This document shows, piece by piece, positions 9,865-19,140 of a DNA stretch of 64,000 nt (positions are counted from its first letter, which is position 1; each line of letters opens with the position of its first letter). The notes below the pieces were generated by a model. That model searched no databases. It worked only from the letters and a program-made list of their open reading frames with translations, and was not told the origin of the DNA. Source of the stretch: a virus; the IMG/VR virus record IMGVR_UViG_3300006947_000007, positions 1 through 64,000 of that record; one strand, written 5' to 3'. A program made the translations under genes and the position numbers.

Positions 9865-11085
9865 TTAATGTGCGGCCCATACTACAGTATTTAAATCAAT
9901 ACCGTCTTTATACATATCCCATAGAGGCGATAATTCTCTTAGCTTTTCTACTTTTTGTCTAACAAGTGTAATTGCTTTATCTACATGTTCTTCTGTTGTA
10001 TAACGTCCTATACTAAAACGTATTGAACTAGCTGATAATTCATCACTAAGTCCTATTGCTCTAAGAACGTAAGAAGGTTCTAAACTTGCTGAGGTACATG
10101 CCGATCCTGATGATACTGCGATACCAGTTATTGCCATCATTAACGATTCGCCTTCAACATAGTTAAAACTAATATTTAGGTTATTGCCAATACGTTGTTC
10201 CATATCGCCATTTACCTTTACTTCTTCCATGTCAGAGAAACCAGCGTACAATCTATCTCTAAGTCCACGTGTTCTAATTTCTTCGTCTGCCATCATTTCT
10301 TGTGCTAACGCAAATGCTTCACCGATGCCAACAATTTGATGTGTAGCTAATGTGCCTGAACGCATTCCACGTTCATGCCCACCGCCATGCATTTGTGCTT
10401 CAAGTCTAACTCTAGGCTTACGAGAAACATAAAGAGCTCCCATACCTTTTGGACCATAAATCTTATGTGCTGAAAAACTCATTAAGTCAACTGGAAGTTC
10501 TGTTAAGTTTATTGGGAGTTTACCAACTGACTGTGCCGCATCAACGTGAAAGAATGTTTTGTTTGCTCTACAAATATCACCAATTGTATGTAAGTCTTGA
10601 ATGACACCAATCTCATTATTAACGTGCATGAATGAAGCTAGAATTGTATCCTCTCTTATTGTAGATTTAAATTCTTCAATGTCTAACAGTCCACTTGGTA
10701 ATGGATTCATATACGTAACTTCAAAACCTTCTCGTTCAAGTTGACGACAAGTATCTAGTACTGCTTTATGTTCTGTCTTTGATGTGATAATATGTTTACC
10801 ACGTTTTTCATAAAAATGAGCAATACCCTTAATGGCTAGATTGTTAGACTCTGTAGCACCAGAGGTCCATACTATTTCTTTAGGATCTGCTCCTACTAAA
10901 TCTGCAACTTGTTTACGTGCTTTGTCTACTGCCGCCTCGGCTTGCCATCCATAATAATGTGAACGTGATGCTGGATTTCCAAATGTGCCTTCTAGTGTTA
11001 AGCACTCTGCCATTTTTTCAGCAACACGTTGATCTACAGGCGTAGTAGCCGAATAATCCATGTAAGTAGGTGTAATATCTGTCAT
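9865..11085 (-). CDS. iscS: Cysteine desulfurase IscS
   Basis: [33 protein letters not shown] (PLP Lys), [24 protein letters not shown]. Confidence 0.97.
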   Translation of the reverse strand: MTDITPTYMDYSATTPVDQRVAEKMAECLTLEGTFGNPASRSHYYGWQAEAAVDKARKQVADLVGADPKEIVWTSGATESNNLAIKGIAHFYEKRGKHIITSKTEHKAVLDTCRQLEREGFEVTYMNPLPSGLLDIEEFKSTIREDTILASFMHVNNEIGVIQDLHTIGDICRANKTFFHVDAAQSVGKLPINLTELPVDLMSFSAHKIYGPKGMGALYVSRKPRVRLEAQMHGGGHERGMRSGTLATHQIVGIGEAFALAQEMMADEEIRTRGLRDRLYAGFSDMEEVKVNGDMEQRIGNNLNISFNYVEGESLMMAITGIAVSSGSACTSASLEPSYVLRAIGLSDELSASSIRFSIGRYTTEEHVDKAITLVRQKVEKLRELSPLWDMYKDGIDLNTVVWAAH

Positions 11086-11089
11086 TTTC

Positions 11090-11860
11090 TCATTTTTCCT
11101 TCCATTTTATTATAACATCTTTTTGTTCAGCTGTCAAATCTTTAGGTATATTAATATGTAACCTAACAAATAAGTCGCCGCCTTTCAATCCATATCTAGG
11201 TATACGCTGTATTGACTGGTGTCCAGTTCCTTCCTTAATTGATATTTTTAAAACTCTATCATCGATATGTGTATATTCAGTTGTTCCGCCTACAATTGCG
11301 TCCCATACACTAATCTCATGTTCTGCGATAAGTTTTCCACCTTCTATACTGTACTTATTATCTCTCTGAATTAGAACAGTGATTAGTAAATCACCCGGGA
11401 TACCCATTTGGTTTGGAGGTAGGCCGTGTTCTGAATAACGTATTCTAGAACCGTTATTAATGAACGGTGGGGTTTTAACACTTAATGTTTTACCGTTTAC
11501 TCGTACGATGTGTTCATGCCCATGCCACATCTGATGGAAAGTTATTGGTAGTTCCATATTGATATCTCTACCCCTCATTGGCTGGTGTTGGCTCTGTTGT
11601 CCAAAGACATTAGAAAATGCTCCACCGAAGTTAGAAAATAAGTCATGTAAATCTTCTTGGGACATGTTATTACTAAATCCGTTCGTAGGATCACCTTTGG
11701 TAATTCTACCATAAGCCTCAGATATTTCTTTCATCTTGACTTCGCTACCACCTTCCCTATCAGGATGGTGTTTCATAGCCATTTTTTTATAGGCTTTCTT
11801 TATTGTTTTTTCATCTGCATCTGGGGATACACCTAAAATTGTGTACGGATCTTGATTCAT
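11090..11860 (-). CDS. dnaJ: DnaJ/CbpA-type J-domain co-chaperone
   Basis: J domain with HPD, G/F-rich linker, C-terminal GDL repeats, no Zn finger. Confidence 0.88.
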   Translation of the reverse strand: MNQDPYTILGVSPDADEKTIKKAYKKMAMKHHPDREGGSEVKMKEISEAYGRITKGDPTNGFSNNMSQEDLHDLFSNFGGAFSNVFGQQSQHQPMRGRDINMELPITFHQMWHGHEHIVRVNGKTLSVKTPPFINNGSRIRYSEHGLPPNQMGIPGDLLITVLIQRDNKYSIEGGKLIAEHEISVWDAIVGGTTEYTHIDDRVLKISIKEGTGHQSIQRIPRYGLKGGDLFVRLHINIPKDLTAEQKDVIIKWKEK

Positions 11861-11866
11861 GTGTAT

Positions 11867-11895
11867 ATTATATACGAAAACTCAACGTTTGTCAA
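11867..11895 (-). promoter_or_regulatory. sigma70 promoter TTGACA-17-TATAAT, 6 nt before dnaJ ATG (leaderless)
   Basis: Perfect consensus read directly from the sequence. Confidence 0.85.
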
Positions 11896-11905
11896 GTTAG
11901 TATTT

Positions 11906-12199
11906 CTAATCAGCGGGGTCGCTGTGTGATGCTTCTTGGTTCTTGTTAGTGCCGCCAACATATAATCCAAACCATGCCGCACCAGCACCTGTAACTACTG
12001 ATACTAGTCCTGATTGTGCTATGTTAGGATCAGGCAACCCCATAAACCAATGTACTACTTGATATAACAACACAATGTAAACAGTTATAAATATTCTTGG
12101 AAATAGTCTCCAAGCATCAAAGGCCCTGGCCAAATCAATTACTTTATCGTATCTGTTGTCATTGTATTTGTATAGTGAATTTTGTTTTTTCTCTGCCAT
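11906..12199 (-). CDS. Small 2-TM membrane protein (holin candidate)
   Basis: Two hydrophobic helices; lies in lysis gene run. Confidence 0.5.
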   Translation of the reverse strand: MAEKKQNSLYKYNDNRYDKVIDLARAFDAWRLFPRIFITVYIVLLYQVVHWFMGLPDPNIAQSGLVSVVTGAGAAWFGLYVGGTNKNQEASHSDPAD

Positions 12200-12630
12200 T
12201 ACTTTTTTCCGTTTTTAATTTCTTTGATTGCTTTTTTGTTTTGCTCAATTTGATTGCTTTGTGCTTCATCTAATAGAGCTTGTAGTTTGTTAGCTTTTTC
12301 AAGAGGAGAATCTTTATGTACTTCTTTGTTAATAACTTTCTCTAATTTGAGAAGAGGTATTCTAGTATTTTGTATGTATCGCCAAGTATATCCTCTGTCT
12401 GAGTATACACCAAATACTGTTTGATTAATACCAATTTTAACTATAATAGCATCATCGCCACCTAATATTACTGTGTCACCTTCGTTAAATGCTGGATTCA
12501 TTTTGAACTTCAACCCTTGTGCTAGATTTTGTACAAAGTCTTTAGTCCAAAATGCTATCATCAAAGATATAAGAATCGCGACCCACGGCATTATTAATTC
12601 TGCTAAATCTATACCTAATTGTTCAGTCAT
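12199..12630 (-). CDS. MscS-like membrane protein fragment
   Basis: TM then KDFVQNLAQG..FNEGDTV..IVKIG pattern of MscS middle beta domain. Confidence 0.55.
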   Translation of the reverse strand: MTEQLGIDLAELIMPWVAILISLMIAFWTKDFVQNLAQGLKFKMNPAFNEGDTVILGGDDAIIVKIGINQTVFGVYSDRGYTWRYIQNTRIPLLKLEKVINKEVHKDSPLEKANKLQALLDEAQSNQIEQNKKAIKEIKNGKK

Positions 12631-12935
12631 TTACCTAACCCACCAAACTTTGGATAATCATCACCTTCTATATTGTCGAGCCTTGCTTCCATTTCATCAA
12701 AATGTTTTGTTAGCTCTGGGTGTACTTTCCTCCAAGCATTTGGATCTTTCTTAAACCAAGTCCAACCCCAACGCTCTACTAAAAAGTTTATAATAGTATC
12801 AAACTTTCCGTACAACCACATTCCTGCTCGTGTACCTTTAAAATATGTTGAAAATGCTAGACCAAATAATGACCCCACAAGTGCTGTGTATATCCATAGC
12901 CGCTCAGTGGCCATTCTTTCAATTATATCTATCAT
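12627..12935 (-). CDS. Hypothetical membrane protein
   Basis: N-terminal TM; late box 12960-12965. Confidence 0.6.
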   Translation of the reverse strand: MIDIIERMATERLWIYTALVGSLFGLAFSTYFKGTRAGMWLYGKFDTIINFLVERWGWTWFKKDPNAWRKVHPELTKHFDEMEARLDNIEGDDYPKFGGLGK

Positions 12936-12982
12936 ATAGATCCCATCCTTTATAATGTATATTTAGTAGATCTTAATAGAGG

Positions 12983-13411
12983 TTATTGAATTTGCCACCA
13001 TTTTTTATCAGCGCCTTCTTTATTTTTTTCTTCAAGTTTTGAGTTTGAATCATCTATTTTCGCATCTGCTTCTTCATAGTAATCTTTATAAGCACCTATG
13101 ATTGCTTTTTGTTGTTGAACTAGTGCCATTATATCTGACATGTTTGTTGATAGTTGCTCATAGCCGTCATCAGTCAGTCCAAACAGGACTATATCTTTTT
13201 TGTCATCTGATAAGCGTTGCCAGATTGTATCAACGTTTTCTTCATTTATAACAAACCATTCAACATTTTGTAAATTTAGTGTAGATGCTTGGGGCAATGC
13301 CAAAGATGGTTTTTCAATTGGCTTTGTAGTTATTTCTAGCTCTTTTACACTACTACTACATCCAGCTAGAAATAATGTAGCGATAATTGATAATACTATT
13401 ACTTTGTTCAT
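12983..13411 (-). CDS. o-spanin-like lipoprotein (start revised to 13411)
   Basis: Signal peptide with lipobox LAGC; ATGA overlap with upstream gene; downstream of endolysin. Confidence 0.7.
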   Translation of the reverse strand: MNKVIVLSIIATLFLAGCSSSVKELEITTKPIEKPSLALPQASTLNLQNVEWFVINEENVDTIWQRLSDDKKDIVLFGLTDDGYEQLSTNMSDIMALVQQQKAIIGAYKDYYEEADAKIDDSNSKLEEKNKEGADKKWWQIQ

Positions 13412-13905
13412 AAGTTTTTCTTCCTCCATGCCTCTGATTGTATGCTAGGATCAAAGTTAGGATTTGCTATCTCATAACATTCCGGATTGATTTCGCTAGG
13501 TTTTGTTGCTGAAATTTCTGATTCTAATAGTTCTGAACCACTAATTATTTCAGCACATCGTAAAGCATTGGCAGAACCTTTATTGATAACTTTTTCTGTG
13601 TAAGTATCTCTTGCTATTCCTAATACACCTAAGTCGTGTCTGCTTAATTTATTTTGTAGTCTTTTGTTTGCGGAGTTTATCTCATCAAATTTGGCATTAA
13701 CTTTTTTATTTTCTATTGCCATCTTTTTATAAGACTCTTCCATAGCCGCCTTGGCCGCTTCAGCTTCTTGTACAGCCAAAGTTGCTTTTGCCTCATTGGC
13801 AACCAAAGTGGCCATACGTTCCTGTGTATCATTATAATACCAGTAACCTACTCCACCCATGGCTCCCATAAGGACCATCATAATTAATGCTAATTTTAAT
13901 CCCAT
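13408..13905 (-). CDS. i-spanin-like protein
   Basis: N-terminal TM anchor + long coiled coil, adjacent to lipoprotein. Confidence 0.65.
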   Translation of the reverse strand: MGLKLALIMMVLMGAMGGVGYWYYNDTQERMATLVANEAKATLAVQEAEAAKAAMEESYKKMAIENKKVNAKFDEINSANKRLQNKLSRHDLGVLGIARDTYTEKVINKGSANALRCAEIISGSELLESEISATKPSEINPECYEIANPNFDPSIQSEAWRKKNL

Positions 13906-13908
13906 AAT

Positions 13909-14034
13909 TTACTCTCCAAATCCGTCAATTGCTCGCCTTCTTTTAGAAATCTCTTTAGGTGTTTTCTTTTTACCTAATAGCTTCCTTTGATTTTTTATAA
14001 AACGTTCAAATGCTTTTAATGTAGATTTTCTCAC
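13909..14034 (-). CDS. 41-aa basic small ORF (GTG start), absent from ORF track
   Basis: MRKSTLKAFERFIKNQRKLLGKKKTPKEISKRRRAIDGFGE; AGGA SD; exactly fills the gap between genes. Confidence 0.5.
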   Translation of the reverse strand: MRKSTLKAFERFIKNQRKLLGKKKTPKEISKRRRAIDGFGE

Positions 14035-14035
14035 G

Positions 14036-14878
14036 TTATCCTAATAGTTTTGCTAGTGTGTTAGGTCCAACTATGCCATCTGCAGTTAAACCATTTTTTG
14101 TCTGCCATCCCTTAACTACTTGCTCTGTACCAGAGCCAAAGTTACCATCAACTGGTAAAATATTTAACGCCCTTTGTACTTTCATAACAGTATCTCCTTT
14201 AGAACCTTTTCTAACAGTTTCATATTTGTCTGTTGTTGACGGAGTGTAATGACCACCGAACACTTCTAAAGCATGTTCATAATGTTCTTTACGATCCTCA
14301 AGTCCTATTGTACCACCGTTAATTCTTTTTGTCATACCAACAATATCTTGACTGTCGGCATATTTGTTCAAACCGTTTGTACTCCAAAACCAACAAGCTG
14401 ATTCTAAAGCACCTTTTTTAGTTTCTAAATATGTTACTACTTCTTCTGGTGTTTTATTAATTGATTCACCAAATCTTGTGTAGTTACTTCTACCTGTTAA
14501 TTGTATTACGCCACGTCCACGAAATTTGTACCCGTCGCCTGTACCTGTATCGCCATTGTCCATTCTGTTAGCATAGATAACGTTAGCAATCTTTTCAGGT
14601 TGTCTATGATAACCAGTTGCATCTCTTCCGGCATTTTTAAAATACTTTGGGAATACTCTGTTAAGGGCATCTGAACTATAGTTTAGGTTTTCTTTTAAAA
14701 CTGTAAATTGTAGACTTTCGTGTCCACATTGTGCTAAAAATCCTGCTACTCTATTCTCAGTAGTAATACTGTATAATGGTAGCATAGTTTTCATTAATTT
14801 GTACCATTTATTAACTTCTTTGTTTTTAGTTAAGATACTTGATAGTCGGTCTTCTGTAAAATTAAATTTAAAACCCAT
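14036..14878 (-). CDS. GH19 endolysin with C-terminal peptidoglycan-binding domain
   Basis: FLAQCGHES, ENLNYS, FRGRGVIQLTGRSNY, TKRINGG; C-term DGNFG..T / LTADGIVGPNT. Confidence 0.92.
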   Translation of the reverse strand: MGFKFNFTEDRLSSILTKNKEVNKWYKLMKTMLPLYSITTENRVAGFLAQCGHESLQFTVLKENLNYSSDALNRVFPKYFKNAGRDATGYHRQPEKIANVIYANRMDNGDTGTGDGYKFRGRGVIQLTGRSNYTRFGESINKTPEEVVTYLETKKGALESACWFWSTNGLNKYADSQDIVGMTKRINGGTIGLEDRKEHYEHALEVFGGHYTPSTTDKYETVRKGSKGDTVMKVQRALNILPVDGNFGSGTEQVVKGWQTKNGLTADGIVGPNTLAKLLG

Positions 14879-14926
14879 TTTGATTCTTCCTCTCGTAAGT
14901 TCTACTTACTTACTTATTGAAAGCGA

Positions 14927-15385
14927 TTAAATGTTAACGGCTTTCTTGATATCGTCTATTAATGTCGAGTCTACTAAGAAACTGTTGTAGCTGTCAGACG
15001 AATTTGGTATTTCGTCTAGTGTGTCTTCTGTAACATCTTTGCTTATAGAACTTTTGCTATATCGCATTTTCCAATTATCTAGTTCAGCAATTTTGCTTAC
15101 TTCTTTTAGCATGTATCCAACGTTATCTCGAATGTCTGTGTTTCGTTCTACTTCTACAAACACCATATACTTACCGTGTTTGTTTGTGCCCGGTGATACC
15201 GCGGCATCTAATATCCATTCATATCCCGACTCTAAAAAGTTAACTAAATCTTGACCAGCATCCTTGTTTTCGACTGTAAAGTTAATTACACATACATCTT
15301 CGTCTGTGCCCATTTTTGATTTATAACGATCTACATCAATATGATCGTTAATTGTCATTCTTAGGTCTCCGCGTTTAAGTCCCAT
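14927..15385 (-). CDS. Conserved jumbo-phage hypothetical protein
   Basis: Coupled ORF, typical codon usage. Confidence 0.65.
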   Translation of the reverse strand: MGLKRGDLRMTINDHIDVDRYKSKMGTDEDVCVINFTVENKDAGQDLVNFLESGYEWILDAAVSPGTNKHGKYMVFVEVERNTDIRDNVGYMLKEVSKIAELDNWKMRYSKSSISKDVTEDTLDEIPNSSDSYNSFLVDSTLIDDIKKAVNI

Positions 15386-15933
15386 TATAAATCTAACTCC
15401 GTATCCATTGTTGGTTCGATTGGTGCTTCGATAACATCAGTATCTGTTGTTCCAGCTTCGTGTGTTGCTGTGACATCTTCCATATCGTAAGTGTCACCTT
15501 CAATTTCAATACTACCTCTGTAAATTTCTGACATTAACTGCTTAGGCATAGTAATTTCTACTACCCATATCTTTTCTGAAACCATTTTAGGATATCTGGT
15601 TCCGTCCATGAAATTTTCTAAGTTTCTAGCCTTATCAGCTGAAATATCTGCTGGAGTTTCTAGTACATCTTTCCTGTACTTAATAGTAGCGCCGTAATCC
15701 AACAAGCGTCTTGCGCCGTCCGGATCTGGCATCTTCTTTTCTGGCCACATAAAAGACGCTGTTACCCAATGTCTTTCAGAGACAGGTCCTAAGACTAATT
15801 CACCGTCTGTCCAGTTCTTATAACTGTAAAGATGAACAGCATCTAGTACTCGCTCAAAGTCTATCAGTGTTTCTGTAAAACTATCCGAGTTGTATAACCC
15901 TTTTAGTGTTTCTGCTATATCTAATGCTTTCAT
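15385..15933 (-). CDS. Conserved jumbo-phage hypothetical protein
   Basis: Late box at 15959-15964; acidic tail. Confidence 0.65.
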   Translation of the reverse strand: MKALDIAETLKGLYNSDSFTETLIDFERVLDAVHLYSYKNWTDGELVLGPVSERHWVTASFMWPEKKMPDPDGARRLLDYGATIKYRKDVLETPADISADKARNLENFMDGTRYPKMVSEKIWVVEITMPKQLMSEIYRGSIEIEGDTYDMEDVTATHEAGTTDTDVIEAPIEPTMDTELDL

Positions 15934-16014
15934 TATTTAATCCGTATATGTATCAGTGTATTTAGTTTAAAATCTAAGAATATTATATAAGTTATATGGT
16001 TTTGCTCTTACTCA

Positions 16015-16027
16015 TTAAATACTTATA
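16015..16027. promoter_or_regulatory. Putative bidirectional late promoter TTAAATACTTATA
   Basis: TAAATA on + and TATAAGTA on -; identical 13-mer at 18133-18145. Confidence 0.6.
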
Positions 16028-16099
16028 GTGGTTACATGATTCCACTTCAAGAATTGAATAGGTTTCTGTGCCGCTACACATTGTTTACAGGAGGCACCA

Positions 16100-16822
16100 A
16101 TGTCAAAGAAAAACAAAAGACACAAGCACAATCTCGCTTATGCGGAAGATAATACATTACAATTTGACAATATTCGTCAAAAACCACCACAGATGATTCC
16201 TAGATCGATAGCACAAGAGCATTATATTGATATATTAACAGATATTAATTGCCCTATAGCTGTTACTAGTGGACCAGCTGGTACAGGAAAAACATACTTG
16301 GCCATGCTAGCGGCTGTTAGAGCCCTACGAACGGGCGAGTGTGAGAAACTGGTTTTAACTAGGCCGGCTGTAGGGGTTGATGACGAACAACACGGATTCT
16401 TACCTGGCGACTTGAACGCTAAAATGGAACCGTGGACGAGACCCCTTTTCGATGTGTTAAAGGAATACTACAGTACAAAAGAAATAACTAGGATGCTAGA
16501 AGAAGAAATATTGGAGATCAGTCCACTAGCATTTATGCGAGGTCGAACTTTCAAAAAATCGTGGATCATAGCAGACGAAATGCAGAATGCCACCCCAAGT
16601 CAGATAAAAATGTTGCTCACCCGCTTAGGAGAAGGATCTAAAATTGTAGTTACCGGAGATGTTAAACAGGCAGATAGGCACAATTCAAAGAACGGATTAT
16701 TAAATTTTGATGCTATCGTAGATGGCAAAGAGATGACATATATCAGAACTTGTAAGTTTACTAACAAGGATATAGAAAGACATCCGGCGGTTGCGGAGGT
16801 ATTAGCATTATATGGTGAATAA
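16100..16822 (+). CDS. phoH: PhoH-family ATPase
   Basis: GPAGTGKT, LTRPAV, GFLPGDL, PLAFMRGRTF, DEMQN, LTRLG, GDVKQ, RHP. Confidence 0.95.
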   Translation: MSKKNKRHKHNLAYAEDNTLQFDNIRQKPPQMIPRSIAQEHYIDILTDINCPIAVTSGPAGTGKTYLAMLAAVRALRTGECEKLVLTRPAVGVDDEQHGFLPGDLNAKMEPWTRPLFDVLKEYYSTKEITRMLEEEILEISPLAFMRGRTFKKSWIIADEMQNATPSQIKMLLTRLGEGSKIVVTGDVKQADRHNSKNGLLNFDAIVDGKEMTYIRTCKFTNKDIERHPAVAEVLALYGE

Positions 16823-16837
16823 CTAACATTTAATCAA

Positions 16838-16887
16838 AATCAAGGAAAACTACCCATATAACTCGCAGATAACTGTTTTCCTTGATT
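16838..16887. repeat. 13-bp perfect inverted repeat AATCAAGGAAAAC / GTTTTCCTTGATT
   Basis: Read directly; 24-nt loop; just downstream of phoH. Confidence 0.8.
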
Positions 16888-17073
16888 ATTTATCACTGAA
16901 CTATCATAGTTTTCGGTACCGAAGACCAAATCAGAAGTTATAACTATGGTTCGGCCTATGAGTAAATATTACAGCTGAGCATACATTGTTGGCTTGATAA
17001 AGTAATGGAATACTTTTAAAAGTAACTTTTTTCAACGATTAGAGTTGGAAAAACATTTCAAAGGAGAAATAAT

Positions 17074-17295
17074 ATGTTAGATAAAATCTTACGCTGGGTA
17101 TCCGGCGCAACAGAAGCAGGTGTATCACTAATTGGTCTTGCTATCGTACTACAAGTAGTATTCGGTGGATCAGTTCCTTTCTTAGGTGGTGATGTAATCG
17201 GTACTGTAATTGGAATAGTTGGCCAACTTGGATCAGCTGGTTTAGTTGGACTTATATCTGCGGCTGTGCTGTGGAAACTATTTTCAAAAGACTAA
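17074..17295 (+). CDS. Small Gly-rich membrane protein, likely host-derived
   Basis: AAGGAG SD, hydrophobic 73 aa, own late box (16963-16968) and terminator. Confidence 0.8.
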   Translation: MLDKILRWVSGATEAGVSLIGLAIVLQVVFGGSVPFLGGDVIGTVIGIVGQLGSAGLVGLISAAVLWKLFSKD

Positions 17296-17321
17296 GACCT
17301 GTATCAAATTAATTTAAAATG

Positions 17322-17354
17322 AAAAAGCAAATCCTAACCCGATTTGCTTTTTTT
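17322..17354. terminator. Bidirectional rho-independent terminator
   Basis: AAAAAGCAAATC-7nt-GATTTGCTTTTTTT between convergent genes. Confidence 0.88.
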
Positions 17355-17418
17355 ATGACTGGAATTTAAGTCAAAAAAATCGCCAAGTAAATCAATACTT
17401 GACGAGTTTATTAGCGAC

Positions 17419-18030
17419 TTATCCTAACTTGTTAAGTTCTATTACGTTAGCACCTTTGCCGGTTATGAGTTCATATATGTCTTTCCAGTTCTTTGCTACA
17501 GGAAATCCGTGATTAGTATTCATGTTAAATCCATGTTCGATTACAATAGGTTTCAGGCCAGCGTTCTTACCAGCTACAGCATTTTCAACTTTATCTTCAA
17601 TCCACCACATCTTGCTATTCTTATATACAGATAGTGCTTCGTCTTTATCAGCGCCTGTACCTAAGCAAGTAACTTCTGTAAATACTCCTTCGCCAAACAA
17701 CTTGTCTAAGTTTTGTACTCTAAGTTTTTTAGCATGATAGTTAGTAGACATACTAGTAATAGCATGGAAAGTATATCCTTCGTCGGCCATTTTTGTTACA
17801 TATTCAACAGCATCTCGTAATGGGGGTAAAAACCCCATTGCGGCACTTTCGTTAAAAGTTTTAATAAGTTTTCTAGCTTGTTGCTTTTCAATTCCGTAAC
17901 GAAAGTTCATTCCGTATACAAATTCTTCGCCTTCTTGCTTTTTAAAGCCTTGTTCTATCATCCAGATATCAAAAGCGTACTCCCAGTTTAATAACACACC
18001 ATCTACATCTGTTAATATTGTCTTTTTCAT
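17419..18030 (-). CDS. HAD-family phosphatase/nucleotidase (start revised to 18030)
   Basis: ILTDVDGVLLNW, WIEDK. Confidence 0.85.
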   Translation of the reverse strand: MKKTILTDVDGVLLNWEYAFDIWMIEQGFKKQEGEEFVYGMNFRYGIEKQQARKLIKTFNESAAMGFLPPLRDAVEYVTKMADEGYTFHAITSMSTNYHAKKLRVQNLDKLFGEGVFTEVTCLGTGADKDEALSVYKNSKMWWIEDKVENAVAGKNAGLKPIVIEHGFNMNTNHGFPVAKNWKDIYELITGKGANVIELNKLG

Positions 18031-18060
18031 ATGAATCTCTTTATTGTTAATTATACTAAT

Positions 18061-18089
18061 ATTATACACTAGTTTTGGCCGTTTGTCAA
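18061..18089 (-). promoter_or_regulatory. sigma70 early promoter TTGACA-17-TATAAT
   Basis: Perfect consensus; shares GGCC and AGTGTATAAT with 25655, 43619, 51604. Confidence 0.85.
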
Positions 18090-18132
18090 CCTTTTTTCTT
18101 TCTATTTTTATTAAATTATTTTCATTTTTTTG

Positions 18133-18145
18133 TTAAATACTTATA
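18133..18145. promoter_or_regulatory. Putative bidirectional late promoter TTAAATACTTATA
   Basis: Second copy of the 13-mer, at a divergent junction. Confidence 0.6.
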
Positions 18146-18299
18146 ACAGTAAAATAGAGTTGCTGTAAGTAATAGTAATAGTAATAGGAATATATAGACT
18201 ACAACGAAGGGAGCAGTCCCGTTTCTAAGCCTAAATAGATAAACGGCACACATAGACGCTAATAATGGTGCTGTGACGAAAAACAATAAGGATTAGAAT
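18146..18299 (+). ncRNA. Candidate structured 5' leader RNA
   Basis: Hairpins GACT..AGTC, CCGTTT..AAACGG, CAC..GTG; motif shared with 45900-46085. Confidence 0.35.
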
Positions 18300-19124
18300 A
18301 TGTTTAGATCTTTTTTTCAAGAGACAAAGTGGTTGCTGATCATCAGTTTCACATTACTTGCCGTACTCGGAGGCAACGTATATTGGTTCGCAACTTTACC
18401 AGTTACTGCTGGCGACCAGTGGCACGCTCCTAACTTTGAAGACCCCAATAGAGATGTTCTATCGCCTTTAGCGTTTAAAAAGATCGGTGATCATCTGTAT
18501 ACAATGACCGGTAATATCTTAGCAGAAGACTGTGAACGTATTGTTCCAGACCTACCTAAAGGTGACCATCCATTTACAGTTATATTAGAAAGCCCAGGCG
18601 GATCATTAGCAGATGGGGCCTGTTTAGCAGGGCATCTTAAAATTCGAAACGTAGTAACTGTAATTAGAGACACACCTATACTAAACGAAGACGGCGAAGT
18701 GATATATGAGCCAGGACTAATTGGCCTAGCAGGCGATCCTGATCCAGATGGAAAAGTAATATGTGCCTCTTCGTGTTCATTACTATTTTTAGCAGGTGAC
18801 AATCGTTACTTGATTGGTGATGTGTGGTTAGGAATACACGGACCCAGAACACCTGATGATGCTATCGCTGGTATCGGTAAAAGAGCCCTCGAGGCATCAG
18901 CATATAGGACTTCAGCCGCAATAATGTTAATGTTAGATCAATTAGGAGTAACAGACAATCAAATTAAATATATGTTTGTTCAAGTTCCTTCAACATCGAT
19001 GTATTGGCTTAATGTAAAAGATTTTGAATATAAACCCGAACTCAAAACACTAGCTACCCACTATAAAAACTTTTGGGGTTTTACTGGCGTTGGTGCTGTA
19101 GGGTTCGACGGTACTCAACAATGA
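18300..19124 (+). CDS. Membrane-anchored ClpP/crotonase-fold protein (COG3904-like)
   Basis: N-term TM; ESPGG, CASSC, GIH motifs. Confidence 0.7.
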   Translation: MFRSFFQETKWLLIISFTLLAVLGGNVYWFATLPVTAGDQWHAPNFEDPNRDVLSPLAFKKIGDHLYTMTGNILAEDCERIVPDLPKGDHPFTVILESPGGSLADGACLAGHLKIRNVVTVIRDTPILNEDGEVIYEPGLIGLAGDPDPDGKVICASSCSLLFLAGDNRYLIGDVWLGIHGPRTPDDAIAGIGKRALEASAYRTSAAIMLMLDQLGVTDNQIKYMFVQVPSTSMYWLNVKDFEYKPELKTLATHYKNFWGFTGVGAVGFDGTQQ

Positions 19125-19140
19125 TCAAAGGAGATATACA

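Noticed and set aside
18146-18299. Cobalamin or other known riboswitch upstream of the transporter
   Set aside because: No B12 box or other recognisable aptamer consensus; retained only as an unknown structured leader
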